Origin: a virus
Length of the DNA: 64,000 bases
Virus record (IMG/VR): IMGVR_UViG_3300044833_000092
Span: 3,541-67,540 of that record
Strand: one strand, 5' to 3'
Shown here: piece after piece, positions 63,684-64,000 of the stretch
How positions within the stretch are numbered: position 1 is the stretch's first letter
Layout of the letters: each line of letters opens with the position of its first letter
Translations under genes and position numbers: made by a program
Notes under the pieces: model-generated
What the model saw: only the letters and a program-made list of their open reading frames with translations
Told to the model about the DNA's origin: nothing
Databases searched by the model: none

Positions 63684-64000
63684 GTGGCCGCCTGGAACGA
63701 CCTGTCCCTCATATCGCCGTTGACGGCCGAAGAGAAGGCCACGGTGGACCAAGCCGTGCCCCATCTTCGCGGGCTCCTCTACGGCCGCTTTTCCGGTTAC
63801 GTCAGGATCATTGGCTACGACGACGCCTGGGAGGCGTGCGCCTCGGCCCTGATGCGGGCGGTCAAGACCTGGGACGCCTCCCGTTGCGGCTTCGAGTCGT
63901 ACGCAAAATTCTTCCTGCGAAAATTTCTTTTCGCCGCTATGGTGGAACGCTCATCTGCCAAGCTGCCTATGTCGATCGGCGACTTCGACACCTTTCTCTC
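63684..64000 (+). CDS. Sigma-70-family factor-like protein (region 2; 3'-truncated)
   Basis: Own translation: ...GYDDAWEACASALMRAVKTWDASRCGFESYAKFFLR resembles sigma region 2.2-2.3; not in the ORF track. Confidence 0.6.
   Translation, partial: MAAWNDLSLISPLTAEEKATVDQAVPHLRGLLYGRFSGYVRIIGYDDAWEACASALMRAVKTWDASRCGFESYAKFFLRKFLFAAMVERSSAKLPMSIGDFDTFL

Larger units (their letters stand above)
1..64000. mobile_element. Tailed bacteriophage or prophage genome segment, podovirus-like, probable Planctomycetota host
   Basis: Portal, adaptor, nozzle-like, ejection-type, scaffold and capsid genes plus a phage-type replication module; no host housekeeping genes; shared dispersed motifs run end to end. 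Confidence 0.9.

Overview
The whole window reads as most of a GC-rich tailed-phage genome with a podovirus-like virion gene set; the host is probably a planctomycete (inferred from protein style, not proven). Layout: 1-20.6 kb (+) portal (5'-truncated), adaptor, fibre-like proteins, glycosyltransferase, nozzle-like protein and ejection-type proteins; 20.6-43.4 kb (-) about 35 mostly small accessory genes, including an SF2/SNF2 helicase, a serine recombinase, an NPPY methyltransferase, a UDG-like protein and a GNAT; 41-44 kb a repeat-rich divergence point; 44.1-55.5 kb (+) scaffold, major capsid, metzincin protease and a run of signal-peptide proteins; 55.8-64 kb (+) Rad52/22-like, ParB-like, helicase, primase, DUF1064 and a truncated sigma-factor-like gene. 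No terminase is visible in the window. The most striking signal is non-coding: two unrelated 20-bp palindromes spread across the genome, motif A GGTGGTGGAWWTCCACCACC (29 copies counted by eye, 6 in frame inside genes as GGGNP(P/T)P) and motif B CTATTGCGGCGCACCAATAG (24 copies, many fused to ribosome-binding sites), with seven A-then-B composites. Other notable points: signal-peptide-like leaders on both scaffold and capsid, a candidate ~100-nt repeat-containing sRNA beside the primase gene, and a possibly split nozzle gene. All product calls are by motif recognition only; no searches were run.
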